Virus record (IMG/VR): IMGVR_UViG_3300044630_006441
Coordinates: 32,001-96,000 of that record
Origin: a virus
Strand: one strand, 5' to 3'
Length of the DNA: 64,000 nt
Notes under the pieces: model-generated
The model's database searches: none
What the model was told of the DNA's origin: nothing
Seen by the model: the letters and a program-made list of their open reading frames with translations, nothing else
Made by a program: the position numbers and the translations under genes
Shown here: positions 63,689 to 64,000 of the stretch, one piece after another
Position numbering within the stretch: the first letter of the stretch is position 1
Layout of the letters: the number at the start of each line of letters is the position of its first letter

Positions 63689-64000
63689 ATGGCAAAGAAA
63701 GCTTCCGAGCATAGTCGTTACGAAAGCCGTTACGGTGGTGGATGGGTTGCGCCGCAACAAATCCTCGCCGAGGTGATGTGTGAACGGCAAGCAGCCAAAG
63801 AGAAGACTTCTTTACCAGCCAAATTCTGGGAGTTGCCACGCTGGAAGAAGACATTTCTGCTCCAGCTTCGGTTGGTTCTCAAGCTTTTGGAAAAACATCA
63901 TCCCTCTGTGATTTCCAGGGCCATCCGTTCACCGGAGGGTAAAAAGGTATTTTCTTTCGGTGCTCCTTTTTTCAAGGATGTGCTAGTTCGCGAGCAGGAA
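63689..64000 (+). CDS. Conserved phage hypothetical protein (3' truncated by window edge)
   Basis: MAKKASEHSRYESRYGGGWVAPQQILAEVMCERQA...LPAKFW; open to end. Confidence 0.65.
   Translation, partial: MAKKASEHSRYESRYGGGWVAPQQILAEVMCERQAAKEKTSLPAKFWELPRWKKTFLLQLRLVLKLLEKHHPSVISRAIRSPEGKKVFSFGAPFFKDVLVREQE

Noticed and set aside
1-64000. Stop-codon reassignment, diversity-generating retroelement or prophage integration module
   Set aside because: Genes are intact and densely packed in the standard code with all three stops used; no reverse transcriptase, integrase or host-gene boundary seen

Overview
This window is a 64-kb segment of a large tailed dsDNA phage. A Planctomycetota host is plausible by inference only. 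No integrase, CRISPR array or reverse transcriptase is visible. Layout: (1) 1-4.9 kb, a minus-strand packaging operon with partial portal, terminase large subunit, ERCC4-type nuclease, possible small terminase and a sigma-like factor. (2) A divergence point at about 5.0-5.5 kb with perfect palindromes and a host-type TTGACA promoter. (3) About 5.5-26 kb, a plus-strand early/host-takeover region of about 60 small, mostly acidic ORFs. Its first gene encodes a divergent sigma70-like protein with an AT-hook insert. The region carries 26 copies of a 29-bp element TGAGAC-N17-CAC(TCT) in two classes, organised by five repeated terminator/palindrome/promoter blocks. This is the most notable system in the window. 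(4) 26-50 kb, regulatory and accessory genes: CsrA-like, LexA DNA-binding domain, three more sigma factors, macrodomain, GNAT, HNH nucleases, CarF/TMEM189-type desaturase, tRNA-Met, several candidate structured RNAs, DUF932, glycosyltransferases and ThyX. (5) 50-64 kb, a papain-like peptidase cluster, two paralogous tail/fibre-like proteins (one a 1370-aa Thr-rich protein), ribonucleotide reductase and conserved phage hypotheticals. All family calls come from reading motifs by eye, not from database searches.
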